This document shows positions 1 through 12,265 of a stretch of 64,000 bases of DNA, piece by piece (the stretch's first letter is position 1; each line of letters starts with the position of its first letter). A program made the position numbers and the translations under genes. The stretch lies in the NCBI GenBank assembly GCA_027923505.1, contig BROI01000009.1, positions 1-64,000 of the forward strand, written 5' to 3'. This stretch comes from Mayamaea pseudoterrestris (taxonomy: Eukaryota). The notes beneath the pieces are model-generated. The model made no database searches and had not been told where the DNA came from. It was given only the letters and a program-made list of their open reading frames with translations.

Positions 1-3000
1 GCCTCCAGGCAGTCCGTTTTGCACCATTTCAGCCCATCCTCATGTCAATGGCACACCCTGGACATGTTTTGCCTGACTCATTGGGTTGTTGGGTGGCCAG
101 GGCATGGGGCATTGTAGTGGTATGATTCCATAATTTGGGGTGTTGGCCACACCCATCTTGTAGACCATTCCATGCTGTAGGCCTCCAGGCAGTCCGTTTT
201 GTACCATGTCAGACCATCCTCATGTCAATGGCACACCCTGGACATGTTTTGCATGACTCATTGGGTTGTTGGGTGATCAGGGGACGGGGCATTGTAGTGG
301 TATGATTCCATAATTTGCGGTGTTGGCCACACCCATTTTGCAGATGGTGTAGGCCTCCAGGCAGTCCGTTTTGCACCATTTCAGCCCATCCTCATGTCAA
401 TGGCACACCCTGGACATGTTTTGCCTGACTCATTGGGTTGTTGGGTGGCCAGGGCATGGGGCATTGTAGTGGTATGATTCCATAATTTGGGGTGTTGGCC
501 ACACCCATCTTGTAGACCATTCCATGCTGTAGGCCTCCAGGCAGTCCGTTTTGTACCATGTCAGACCATCCTCATGTCAATGGCACACCCTGGACATGTT
601 TTGCATGACTCATTGGGTTGTTGGGTGATCAGGGGACGGGGCATTGTAGTGGTATGATTCCATAATTTGCGGTGTTGGCCACACCCATTTTGCAGATGGT
701 GTAGGCCTCCAGGCAGTCCGTTTTGCACCATTTCAGCCCATCCTCATGTCAATGGCACACCCTGGACATGTTTTGCCTGACTCATTGGGTTGTTGGGTGG
801 CCAGGGCATGGGGCATTGTAGTGGTATGATTCCATAATTTGGGGTGTTGGCCACACCCATCTTGTAGACCATTCCATGCTGTAGGCCTCCAGGCAGTCCG
901 TTTTGTACCATGTCAGACCATCCTCATGTCAATGGCACACCCTGGACATGTTTTGCATGACTCATTGGGTTGTTGGGTGATCAGGGACGGGGCATTGTAG
1001 TGGTATGATTCCATAATTTGCGGTGTTGGCCACACCCATTTTGCAGATGGTGTAGGCCTCCAGGCAGTCCGTTTTTGCACCATTTCAGCCCATCCTCATG
1101 TCAATGGCACACCCTGGACATGTTTTGCCTGACTCATTGGGTTGTTGGGTGGCCAGGGCATGGGGCATTGTAGTGGTATGATTCCATAATTTGGGGTGTT
1201 GGCCACACCCATCTTGTAGACCATTCCATGCTGTAGGCCTCCAGGCAGTCCGTTTTGTACCATGTCAGACCATCCTCATGTCAATGGCACACCCTGGACA
1301 TGTTTTGCATGACTCATTGGGTTGTTGGGTGATCAGGGGACGGGGCATTGTAGTGGTATGATTCCATAATTTGCGGTGTTGGCCACACCCATTTTGCAGA
1401 TGGTGTAGGCCTCCAGGCAGTCCGTTTTGCACCATTTCAGCCCATCCTCATGTCAATGGCACACCCTGGACATGTTTTGCCTGACTCATTGGGTTGTTGG
1501 GTGGCCAGGGCATGGGGCATTGTAGTGGTATGATTCCATAATTTGGGGTGTTGGCCACACCCATCTTGTAGACCATTCCATGCTGTAGGCCTCCAGGCAG
1601 TCCGTTTTGTACCATGTCAGACCATCCTCATGTCAATGGCACACCCTGGACATGTTTTGCATGACTCATTGGGTTGTTGGGTGATCAGAGGTCGGGGGAG
1701 TGTAGTGGTATGATTCCATATGTTGCGGTGTTGGACACACCCATTTTGCAGATGGTGTAGGCCTCCAGGCAGTCCGTTTTGCACCATTTCAGCCCATCCT
1801 CATGTCAATGGCACACCCTGGACATGTTTTGCCTGACTCATTGGGTTGTTGGGTGGCCAGGGCATGGGGCATTGTAGTGGTATGATTCCATAATTTGGGG
1901 TGTTGGCCACACCCATCTTGTAGACCATTCCATGCTGTAGGCCTCCAGGCAGTCCGTTTTGTACCATTTCAGACCATCCTCATGTCAATGGCACACCCTG
2001 GACATGTTTTGCCTGACTCATTGGGTTGTTGGGTGGCCAGGGCATGGGGCATTGTAGTGGTATGATTCCATAATTTGGGGTGTTGGCCACACCCATCTTG
2101 TAGACCATTCCATGCTGTAGGCCTCCAGGCAGTCCGTTTTGTACCATGTCAGACCATCCTCATGTCAATGGCACACCCTGGACATGTTTTGCATGACTCA
2201 TTGGGTTGTTGGGTGATCAGAAAACGGGGCATTGTAGTGGTATGATTCCATAATTTGGGGTGTTGGCCACACCCATTTTGCAGATGGTGTAGGCCTCCAG
2301 GCAGTCCGTTTTGCACCATTTCAGCCCATCCTCATGTCAATGGCACACCCTGGACATGTTTTGCCTGACTCATTGGGTTGTTGGGTGGCCAGGGCATGGG
2401 GCATTGTAGTGGTATGATTCCATAATTTGGGGTGTTGGCCACACCCATCTTGTAGACCATTCCATGCTGTAGGCCTCCAGGCAGTCCGTTTTGTACCATG
2501 TCAGACCATCCTCATGTCAATGGCACACCCTGGACATGTTTTGCATGACTCATTGGGTTGTTGGGTGATCAGGGAACGGGGCATTGTAGTGGTATGATTC
2601 CATAATTTGCGGTGTTGGCCACACCCATTTTGCAGATGGTGTAGGCCTCCAGGCAGTCCGTTTTTGCACCATTTCAGCCCATCCTCATGTCAATGGCACA
2701 CCCTGGACATGTTTTGCCTGACTCATTGGGTTGTTGGGTGGCCAGGGCATGGGGCATTGTAGTGGTATGATTCCATAATTTGGGGTGTTGGCCACACCCA
2801 TCTTGTAGACCATTCCATGCTGTAGGCCTCCAGGCAGTCCGTTTTGTACCATGTCAGACCATCCTCATGTCAATGGCACACCCTGGACATGTTTTGCATG
2901 ACTCATTGGGTTGTTGGGTGATCAGGGACGGGGCATTGTAGTGGTATGATTCCATAATTTGCGGTGTTGGCCACACCCATTTTGCAGATGGTGTAGGCCT

Positions 3001-6000
3001 CCAGGCAGTCCGTTTTGCACCATTTCAGCCCATCCTCATGTCAATGGCACACCCTGGACATGTTTTGCCTGACTCATTGGGTTGTTGGGTGGCCAGGGCA
3101 TGGGGCATTGTAGTGGTATGATTCCATAATTTGGGGTGTTGGCCACACCCATCTTGTAGACCATTCCATGCTGTAGGCCTCCAGGCAGTCCGTTTTGTAC
3201 CATGTCAGACCATCCTCATGTCAATGGCACACCCTGGACATGTTTTGCATGACTCATTGGGTTGTTGGGTGATCAGGGCCGGGGCATTGTAGTGGTATGA
3301 TTCCATAATTTGCGGTGTTGGCCACACCCATTTTGCAGATGGTGTAGGCCTCCAGGCAGTCCGTTTTGCACCATTTCAGCCCATCCTCATGTCAATGGCA
3401 CACCCTGGACATGTTTTGCCTGACTCATTGGGTTGTTGGGTGGCCAGGGCATGGGGCATTGTAGTGGTATGATTCCATAATTTGGGGTGTTGGCCACACC
3501 CATCTTGTAGACCATTCCATGCTGTAGGCCTCCAGGCAGTCCGTTTTGTACCATGTCAGACCATCCTCATGTCAATGGCACACCCTGGACATGTTTTGCA
3601 TGACTCATTGGGTTGTTGGGTGATCAGGGACGGGGCATTGTAGTGGTATGATTCCATAATTTGCGGTGTTGGCCACACCCATTTTGCAGATGGTGTAGGC
3701 CTCCAGGCAGTCCGTTTTGCACCATTTCAGCCCATCCTCATGTCAATGGCACACCCTGGACATGTTTTGCCTGACTCATTGGGTTGTTGGGTGGCCAGGG
3801 CATGGGGCATTGTAGTGGTATGATTCCATAATTTGGGGTGTTGGCCACACCCATCTTGTAGACCATTCCATGCTGTAGGCCTCCAGGCAGTCCGTTTTGT
3901 ACCATGTCAGACCATCCTCATGTCAATGGCACACCCTGGACATGTTTTGCATGACTCATTGGGTTGTTGGGTGATCAGGGACGGGGCATTGTAGTGGTAT
4001 GATTCCATAATTTGCGGTGTTGGCCACACCCATTTTGCAGATGGTGTAGGCCTCCAGGCAGTCCGTTTTGCACCATTTCAGCCCATCCTCATGTCAATGG
4101 CACACCCTGGACATGTTTTGCCTGACTCATTGGGTTGTTGGGTGGCCAGGGCATGGGGCATTGTAGTGGTATGATTCCATAATTTGGGGTGTTGGCCACA
4201 CCCATCTTGTAGACCATTCCATGCTGTAGGCCTCCAGGCAGTCCGTTTTGTACCATGTCAGACCATCCTCATGTCAATGGCACACCCTGGACATGTTTTG
4301 CATGACTCATTGGGTTGTTGGGTGATCAGGGGACGGGGCATTGTAGTGGTATGATTCCATAATTTGCGGTGTTGGCCACACCCATTTTGCAGATGGTGTA
4401 GGCCTCCAGGCAGTCCGTTTTGCACCATTTCAGCCCATCCTCATGTCAATGGCACACCCTGGACATGTTTTGCCTGACTCATTGGGTTGTTGGGTGGCCA
4501 GGGCATGGGGCATTGTAGTGGTATGATTCCATAATTTGGGGTGTTGGCCACACCCATCTTGTAGACCATTCCATGCTGTAGGCCTCCAGGCAGTCCGTTT
4601 TGTACCATGTCAGACCATCCTCATGTCAATGGCACACCCTGGACATGTTTTGCATGACTCATTGGGTTGTTGGGTGATCAGGGGACGGGGCATTGTAGTG
4701 GTATGATTCCATAATTTGGGGTGTTGGCCACACCTGTTTTGCAGATGGTGTAGGCCTCCAGGCAGTCCGTTTTGCACCATTTCAGCCCATCCTCATGTCA
4801 ATGGCACACCCTGGACATGTTTTGCCTGACTCATTGGGTTGTTGGGTGGCCAGGGCATGGGGCATTGTAGTGGTATGATTCCATAATTTGGGGTGTTGGC
4901 CACACCCATCTTGTAGACCATTCCATGCTGTAGGCCTCCAGGCAGTCCGTTTTGTACCATGTCAGACCATCCTCATGTCAATGGCACACCCTGGACATGT
5001 TTTGCATGACTCATTGGGTTGTTGGGTGATCAGGGACGGGGCATTGTAGTGGTATGATTCCATAATTTGCGGTGTTGGCCACACCCATTTTGCAGATGGT
5101 GTAGGCCTCCAGGCAGTCCGTTTTGCACCATTTCAGCCCATCCTCATGTCAATGGCACACCCTGGACATGTTTTGCCTGACTCATTGGGTTGTTGGGTGG
5201 CCAGGGCATGGGGCATTGTAGTGGTATGATTCCATAATTTGGGGTGTTGGCCACACCCATCTTGTAGACCATTCCATGCTGTAGGCCTCCAGGCAGTCCG
5301 TTTTGTACCATGTCAGACCATCCTCATGTCAATGGCACACCCTGGACATGTTTTGCATGACTCATTGGGTTGTTGGGTGATCAGGGACGGGGCATTGTAG
5401 TGGTATGATTCCATAATTTGCGGTGTTGGCCACACCCATTTTGCAGATGGTGTAGGCCTCCAGGCAGTCCGTTTTGCACCATTTCAGCCCATCCTCATGT
5501 CAATGGCACACCCTGGACATGTTTTGCCTGACTCATTGGGTTGTTGGGTGGCCAGGGCATGGGGCATTGTAGTGGTATGATTCCATAATTTGGGGTGTTG
5601 GCCACACCCATCTTGTAGACCATTCCATGCTGTAGGCCTCCAGGCAGTCCGTTTTGTACCATGTCAGACCATCCTCATGTCAATGGCACACCCTGGACAT
5701 GTTTTGCATGACTCATTGGGTTGTTGGGTGATCAGGGGACGGGGCATTGTAGTGGTATGATTCCATAATTTGCGGTGTTGGCCACACCCATTTTGCAGAT
5801 GGTGTAGGCCTCCAGGCAGTCCGTTTTGCACCATTTCAGCCCATCCTCATGTCAATGGCACACCCTGGACATGTTTTGCCTGACTCATTGGGTTGTTGGG
5901 TGGCCAGGGCATTTTGGGGTGTTGGCCACACCCATCTTGTAGACCATTCCATGCTGTAGGCCTCCAGGCAGTCCGTTTTGTACCATGTCAGACCATCCTC

Positions 6001-8805
6001 ATGTCAATGGCACACCCTGGACATGTTTTGCATGACTCATTGGGTTGTTGGGTGATCAGGGGACGGGGCATTGTAGTGGTATGATTCCATAATTTGGGGT
6101 GTTGGCCACACCCATTTTGCAGATGGTGTAGGCCTCCAGGCAGTCCGTTTTGCACCATTTCAGCCCATCCTCATGTCAATGGCACACCCTGGACATGTTT
6201 TGCCTGACTCATTGGGTTGTTGGGTGGCCAGGGCATGGGGCATTGTAGTGGTATGATTCCATAATTTGGGGTGTTGGCCACACCCATCTTGTAGACCATT
6301 CCATGCTGTAGGCCTCCAGGCAGTCCGTTTTGTACCATGTCAGACCATCCTCATGTCAATGGCACACCCTGGACATGTTTTGCATGACTCATTGGGTTGT
6401 TGGGTGATCAGGGACGGGGCATTGTAGTGGTATGATTCCATAATTTGCGGTGTTGGCCACACCCATTTTGCAGATGGTGTAGGCCTCCAGGCAGTCCGTT
6501 TTGCACCATTTCAGCCCATCCTCATGTCAATGGCACACCCTGGACATGTTTTGCCTGACTCATTGGGTTGTTGGGTGGCCAGGGCATGGGGCATTGTAGT
6601 GGTATGATTCCATAATTTGGGGTGTTGGCCACACCCATCTTGTAGACCATTCCATGCTGTAGGCCTCCAGGCAGTCCGTTTTGTACCATGTCAGACCATC
6701 CTCATGTCAATGGCACACCCTGGACATGTTTTGCATGACTCATTGGGTTGTTGGGTGATCAGGGGACGGGGCATTGTAGTGGTATGATTCCATAATTTGC
6801 GGTGTTGGCCACACCCATTTTGCAGATGGTGTAGGCCTCCAGGCAGTCCGTTTTGCACCATTTCAGCCCATCCTCATGTCAATGGCACACCCTGGACATG
6901 TTTTGCCTGACTCATTGGGTTGTTGGGTGGCCAGGGCATGGGGCATTGTAGTGGTATGATTCCATAATTTGGGGTGTTGGCCACACCCATCTTGTAGACC
7001 ATTCCATGCTGTAGGCCTCCAGGCAGTCCGTTTTGTACCATGTCAGACCATCCTCATGTCAATGGCACACCCTGGACATGTTTTGCATGACTCATTGGGT
7101 TGTTGGGTGATCAGGGACGGGGCATTGTAGTGGTATGATTCCATAATTTGCGGTGTTGGCCACACCCATTTTGCAGATGGTGTAGGCCTCCAGGCAGTCC
7201 GTTTTGCACCATTTCAGCCCATCCTCATGTCAATGGCACACCCTGGACATGTTTTGCCTGACTCATTGGGTTGTTGGGTGGCCAGGGCATGGGGCATTGT
7301 AGTGGTATGATTCCATAATTTGGGGTGTTGGCCACACCCATCTTGTAGACCATTCCATGCTGTAGGCCTCCAGGCAGTCCGTTTTGTACCATGTCAGACC
7401 ATCCTCATGTCAATGGCACACCCTGGACATGTTTTGCATGACTCATTGGGTTGTTGGGTGATCAGGGGACGGGGCATTGTAGTGGTATGATTCCATAATT
7501 TGGGGTGTTGGCCACACCCATTTTGCAGATGGTGTAGGCCTCCAGGCAGTCCGTTTTGCACCATTTCAGCCCATCCTCATGTCAATGGCACACCCTGGAC
7601 ATGTTTTGCCTGACTCATTGGGTTGTTGGGTGGCCAGGGCATGGGGCATTGTAGTGGTATGATTCCATAATTTGGGGTGTTGGCCACACCCATCTTGTAG
7701 ACCATTCCATGCTGTAGGCCTCCAGGCAGTCCGTTTTGTACCATGTCAGACCATCCTCATGTCAATGGCACACCCTGGACATGTTTTGCATGACTCATTG
7801 GGTTGTTGGGTGATCAGGGGACGGGGCATTGTAGTGGTATGATTCCATAATTTGCGGTGTTGGCCACACCCATTTTGCAGATGGTGTAGGCCTCCAGGCA
7901 GTCCGTTTTGCACCATTTCAGCCCATCCTCATGTCAATGGCACACCCTGGACATGTTTTGCCTGACTCATTGGGTTGTTGGGTGGCCAGGGCATGGGGCA
8001 TTGTAGTGGTATGATTCCATAATTTGGGGTGTTGGCCACACCCATCTTGTAGACCATTCCATGCTGTAGGCCTCCAGGCAGTCCGTTTTGTACCATGTCA
8101 GACCATCCTCATGTCAATGGCACACCCTGGACATGTTTTGCATGACTCATTGGGTTGTTGGGTGATCAGGGACGGGGCATTGTAGTGGTATGATTCCATA
8201 ATTTGCGGTGTTGGCCACACCCATTTTGCAGATGGTGTAGGCCTCCAGGCAGTCCGTTTTGCACCATTTCAGCCCATCCTCATGTCAATGGCACACCCTG
8301 GACATGTTTTGCCTGACTCATTGGGTTGTTGGGTGGCCAGGGCATGGGGCATTGTAGTGGTATGATTCCATAATTTGGGGTGTTGGCCACACCCATCTTG
8401 TAGACCATTCCATGCTGTAGGCCTCCAGGCAGTCCGTTTTGTACCATGTCAGACCATCCTCATGTCAATGGCACACCCTGGACATGTTTTGCATGACTCA
8501 TTGGGTTGTTGGGTGATCAGGGGACGGGGCATTGTAGTGGTATGATTCCATAATTTGCGGTGTTGGCCACACCCATTTTGCAGATGGTGTAGGCCTCCAG
8601 GCAGTCCGTTTTGCACCATTTCAGCCCATCCTCATGTCAATGGCACACCCTGGACATGTTTTGCCTGACTCATTGGGTTGTTGGGTGGCCAGGGCATGGG
8701 GCATTGTAGTGGTATGATTCCATAATTTGGGGTGTTGGCCACACCCATCTTGTAGACCATTCCGTGCCAGGCAGTCCGTTTTGTACCATGTCAGACCATC
8801 CTCAT
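1..8805. repeat. Satellite array: ~352-bp dimer of related 180-bp (A) and 172-bp (B) monomers, about 25 dimers, open at the window start
   Basis: GCCTCCAGGCAGTCCGTTTT recurs at 1, 181, 353 and onward. A carries gcaccatttcagcc / gggtggccagggcat / cttgtagaccattccatgct; B carries gtaccatgtcagac / gggtgatcagggga / ttttgcagatggt. The array stops at ...accatcctcat (8805). Confidence 0.98.
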
Positions 8806-8954
8806 AATGGCCACTGGCGCTTCGCCTGCTTTCTGTTTGCCGAAACCAAAGCCTGACGACTGTGGAGGCCCAGGAGAGAGCCGCAGCTATGGCGTTGCAG
8901 ATTGATGGTTGAAAGGAAGGACAGGCGGTCCTGACGAAGGAGGATGTTTACGCG

Positions 8955-10478
8955 TTGAACAAGGAGATGACGATGCAGGAAGGCGTCGACGGTGATGGTA
9001 AACAGTGGTGGCTAGGAACGCCAGCTCGCCTCAAACAGCTCACGTCGGAAAACATTGGAGGCTTCCTTACACTCTCGGCCATGCATAAACAGTATCACGA
9101 GGAATCATTGGAAGAAACGACGGAAACAGGCGAGCAATTGGTTATCATTTGCTCCGCCATGCCATCGAGCACCTTGAACGGTCAGAAGTACATTGTCGGA
9201 AACTCCAAGCTCAGCCTTTCGGATACCGATGGCCATGAAATGATGGAAGAAGGTCTTTTGGCTACCGAAGACCCATTCGTCCCGGTCAGCCACATGGAAC
9301 CAAGTGGCTTTCCAGCGCCTCAAGCGGTCGTCCCCATTCTGGCTTGTCTCTCTCGCATGACTCGTGCCGAAAAGGAGGACACCAGTGACGATTGGTACGC
9401 GAAAATACACTCGGACATTGCGGTTTTCCCGCGAGGAGACAAGCTACTCCAACCGGTCTTGTTTGTCATCCACACGGATGAGCTGCCGCCAGATAATTCG
9501 GAAGAACATGAAATCATCGGCGGCACTGGCCACTGGGAAGGAGCACCTAACTACCAACATGGCGAGCAACCGGTCTTGGCATATGCCACCGACAAAGATC
9601 CGGCCGAAGCAGAAGCAAAGTTTGCTCCATACGGAAAGTGTTTCTTTGTCCCTCCGAATCACGGCATTCCACTCGGCCTCGCTATCGATCCGACCAAGTG
9701 CAGGACAGTCGATCAGTTCAAGCATCTTTGCCAAGAGTTTACGGGCTTGCCAGGCGAGGCGTACGAATGGATGGAGGGCAATCATCTACTGGCCCTGTGG
9801 CTAAAAGGCTGCGAGCAGAGCCCATCGGAAATGCAAACTGAAATGTGGCTAATGTCGCAGGTGACTGACACATGGAACGCTTGGAAAGAGTCGCCCTCGT
9901 TACTCGCACAGCAAACATTCCTCCACCCAGAGCTCATGTTGCGATACAGAATCCTCTGGGATCACTTACTGCATACCCTGGAACCGGCCTGGCGCGACAA
10001 ACTGTTGTTACTGGGTCAAAACGCACAAACCATCTTTAACAACTCGCCGGAGTTGAGCAGTTTCCACGAGCCACGAGTGGAGAACATGTGGTACTTGGCC
10101 GGGCTACTGAATATAAAAACGACAACTTGGATTAAAAATTTTGAGTTAGGCTTCCAGCGCCGCGGCTTGCCAGATTGGTTGGAGAGTTTTGCCAGAGTCG
10201 ACATCACAGCGACGACAACAGCAGCCGACATAAGCAAACTCAGAATTGTTTCAAAACAATCGCAGATGAAGGACAATACCCCAGGAACCGAACCAAGACG
10301 ACGACGCAATATCGGGGAACTGGTCGCAAAAGTATTTCAAGAACGCTTTGTGGCGACGGTTGGCTCGCCGCTTCAAATCAAGCATTCCAAACAAGACAAT
10401 GACCCGCCGACGAGGACAGACGGAAAAGAGCACAGGGACACCCGGGCACAGCAAAAGCATTGGTGTTCGATCACTTAA
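8955..10478 (+). CDS. Element 1 ORF1, unknown protein (possibly the N-terminal half of a frameshifted gag-like ORF)
   Basis: Intronless 507-aa ORF (first ATG at 8967) upstream of the RT; no recognisable motif; its end overlaps ORF2. Confidence 0.6.
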   Translation: MNKEMTMQEGVDGDGKQWWLGTPARLKQLTSENIGGFLTLSAMHKQYHEESLEETTETGEQLVIICSAMPSSTLNGQKYIVGNSKLSLSDTDGHEMMEEGLLATEDPFVPVSHMEPSGFPAPQAVVPILACLSRMTRAEKEDTSDDWYAKIHSDIAVFPRGDKLLQPVLFVIHTDELPPDNSEEHEIIGGTGHWEGAPNYQHGEQPVLAYATDKDPAEAEAKFAPYGKCFFVPPNHGIPLGLAIDPTKCRTVDQFKHLCQEFTGLPGEAYEWMEGNHLLALWLKGCEQSPSEMQTEMWLMSQVTDTWNAWKESPSLLAQQTFLHPELMLRYRILWDHLLHTLEPAWRDKLLLLGQNAQTIFNNSPELSSFHEPRVENMWYLAGLLNIKTTTWIKNFELGFQRRGLPDWLESFARVDITATTTAADISKLRIVSKQSQMKDNTPGTEPRRRRNIGELVAKVFQERFVATVGSPLQIKHSKQDNDPPTRTDGKEHRDTRAQQKHWCSIT

Positions 10479-12169
10479 AGGCGCTACAGTCAAACGATGA
10501 CGATTCGGTGACGCTTGTGGGCGTCAAACGCGCCCCACATCCCCCGTCGACGCCACCCCGAATGAAGCTACCGCAGCGGAAGCCAAATACGCTTGCCATT
10601 CAAAGCAAATCAGGACTCTGTCTCCCGTTCGAGCAAGCAGCCACTCAAATGCACATGTATATCACGGCCGCTACCACAGACGCCGCCTGTGGTCACGTCC
10701 TCATCCCGTTCGAGAGCGAGAATGAAGACACAAACATATTCTCACGAGAAAATTATATCAAGGGATCCATGCTGCACTCAGTCTCTCAAATGGCTCACAT
10801 CGGCGCGATAGCAGTCCCTCCTGCAACGCGAATGGGCCCAGCAACAGTCACAGAAGAGGCAGTGGTATTCCCCGACTACGCCATGCTAATGCCAGGTTTA
10901 GTGAGCAAACCATACTGCGCCAACGTCCTCAGCTCGAAAGCACACGCGTCTGACATCCAACACGCGAGCAATTTCATCCAAACTGAGTATGAGGCAACGC
11001 AACGCTCCTCATTCCCTACTTACTTCAAGCCTCTGCTAGAAGGCGACACGTTCTATACAAGGCCAGAAATGCTTCGCGCACTGCAGTCGGGTGTTATTAC
11101 AGCCGGCACCTCCTTCCAAGTGAGCTCTGCTAGTCTCAGCGCAGGCATATCGCCTTATCACTTCCTCCCGACCATACTAGGCAATTGTTTTCGGCTACCT
11201 CAAGAGGGCATTCCTTGCTTAAAATTGATTCAATTGATTCGAAACATGGGATGGTGGTTACACACGGTCTTCCATTTCCCGAGCAAATTCCGAAAATTGC
11301 AACTGCTCAATGAGGAGCTGTCGCCATTCCTCTTGGCGTCACCTCTCGCTGGCCACTTGCATTGGTTCATTGACCTCTTGTCACAGAGTCAAACTCAGCA
11401 ATCCTGGGATAAAATGTCCGCTCGGCATAAAGTGGCCGCAACCAACGCCGTGTTAATAGCACTCAGCGACTTGCTACAAATCTTTCTCGACTGGGCCGTC
11501 ACACACACAGCAGAACAGCATTGTCTCCAAGTATTGTTATGGGAAAACCCGGCGCGATCGGATCTGAGTGTTTTTGAGTCTACCGTTCGAGTGCGCGATT
11601 ACAATACGGTACATGAGATCCTGCGCGACTGGCGACGCAATTGCTCGTCGTCATTCAACCACACAGTCTTCATGGCCACAGTCATGCCCCTAAATCCATT
11701 TTACACAAGACCAATCCTGCCAGATATTGCGCCGGCACGTTTGATTAACCCGCCCGGCAACCCACCATGCCGGCGCGCAGGCAGCGGCAGCGGCATGCAC
11801 CAGGCGCCAGCGCCACAGCAACAGCAGCACACCAGCACAGCCGATCGAAAAGCGCATTGTCCGTTGATTCGTTTTGTTGACAACGCGGAACCATCCATGC
11901 GCAATGTTAAAGACACACTTGGAACTTGGACTCGCGCACAAATATCGGCGCCGATTATCCAGGGCAAACAGATCTGCTTTCCATTCATCATCGCGGGCAT
12001 GCAAGGTTGCAACTCAGCCAATTGTCAACGCTGCGAAATAGACACTCGGCGAGCAACCCCTCCCTGGACGCGCGAATCGTTATTGCCCTTGACAAACTTC
12101 TTAAATCGAGGGCCAGTTAAACTCAGGTTCCAGCCAACCGCCGAGTACACACGCATCACTTCCTCTTGA
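10460..12169 (+). CDS. Element 1 gag-like ORF with C-terminal Cys cluster
   Basis: 569 aa; a Pro/Gln-rich linker precedes CFPFIIAGMQGCNSANCQRC. Same position as the zinc-finger gag of element 2. Confidence 0.65.
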   Translation: MVFDHLKALQSNDDDSVTLVGVKRAPHPPSTPPRMKLPQRKPNTLAIQSKSGLCLPFEQAATQMHMYITAATTDAACGHVLIPFESENEDTNIFSRENYIKGSMLHSVSQMAHIGAIAVPPATRMGPATVTEEAVVFPDYAMLMPGLVSKPYCANVLSSKAHASDIQHASNFIQTEYEATQRSSFPTYFKPLLEGDTFYTRPEMLRALQSGVITAGTSFQVSSASLSAGISPYHFLPTILGNCFRLPQEGIPCLKLIQLIRNMGWWLHTVFHFPSKFRKLQLLNEELSPFLLASPLAGHLHWFIDLLSQSQTQQSWDKMSARHKVAATNAVLIALSDLLQIFLDWAVTHTAEQHCLQVLLWENPARSDLSVFESTVRVRDYNTVHEILRDWRRNCSSSFNHTVFMATVMPLNPFYTRPILPDIAPARLINPPGNPPCRRAGSGSGMHQAPAPQQQQHTSTADRKAHCPLIRFVDNAEPSMRNVKDTLGTWTRAQISAPIIQGKQICFPFIIAGMQGCNSANCQRCEIDTRRATPPWTRESLLPLTNFLNRGPVKLRFQPTAEYTRITSS

Positions 12170-12265
12170 CTACCTACAATCAGCCAGCCGCTCAAAGACG
12201 GGGCCGCTAGCGGCGACGAGCGGCAGGGTGACAATGGAGCCATACGGCAGGCGACGAACATTACA

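Noticed and set aside
5893..6084. 63-aa ORF in the satellite
   Set aside because: Chance product of a local deletion that removes the repeat's stop codon.
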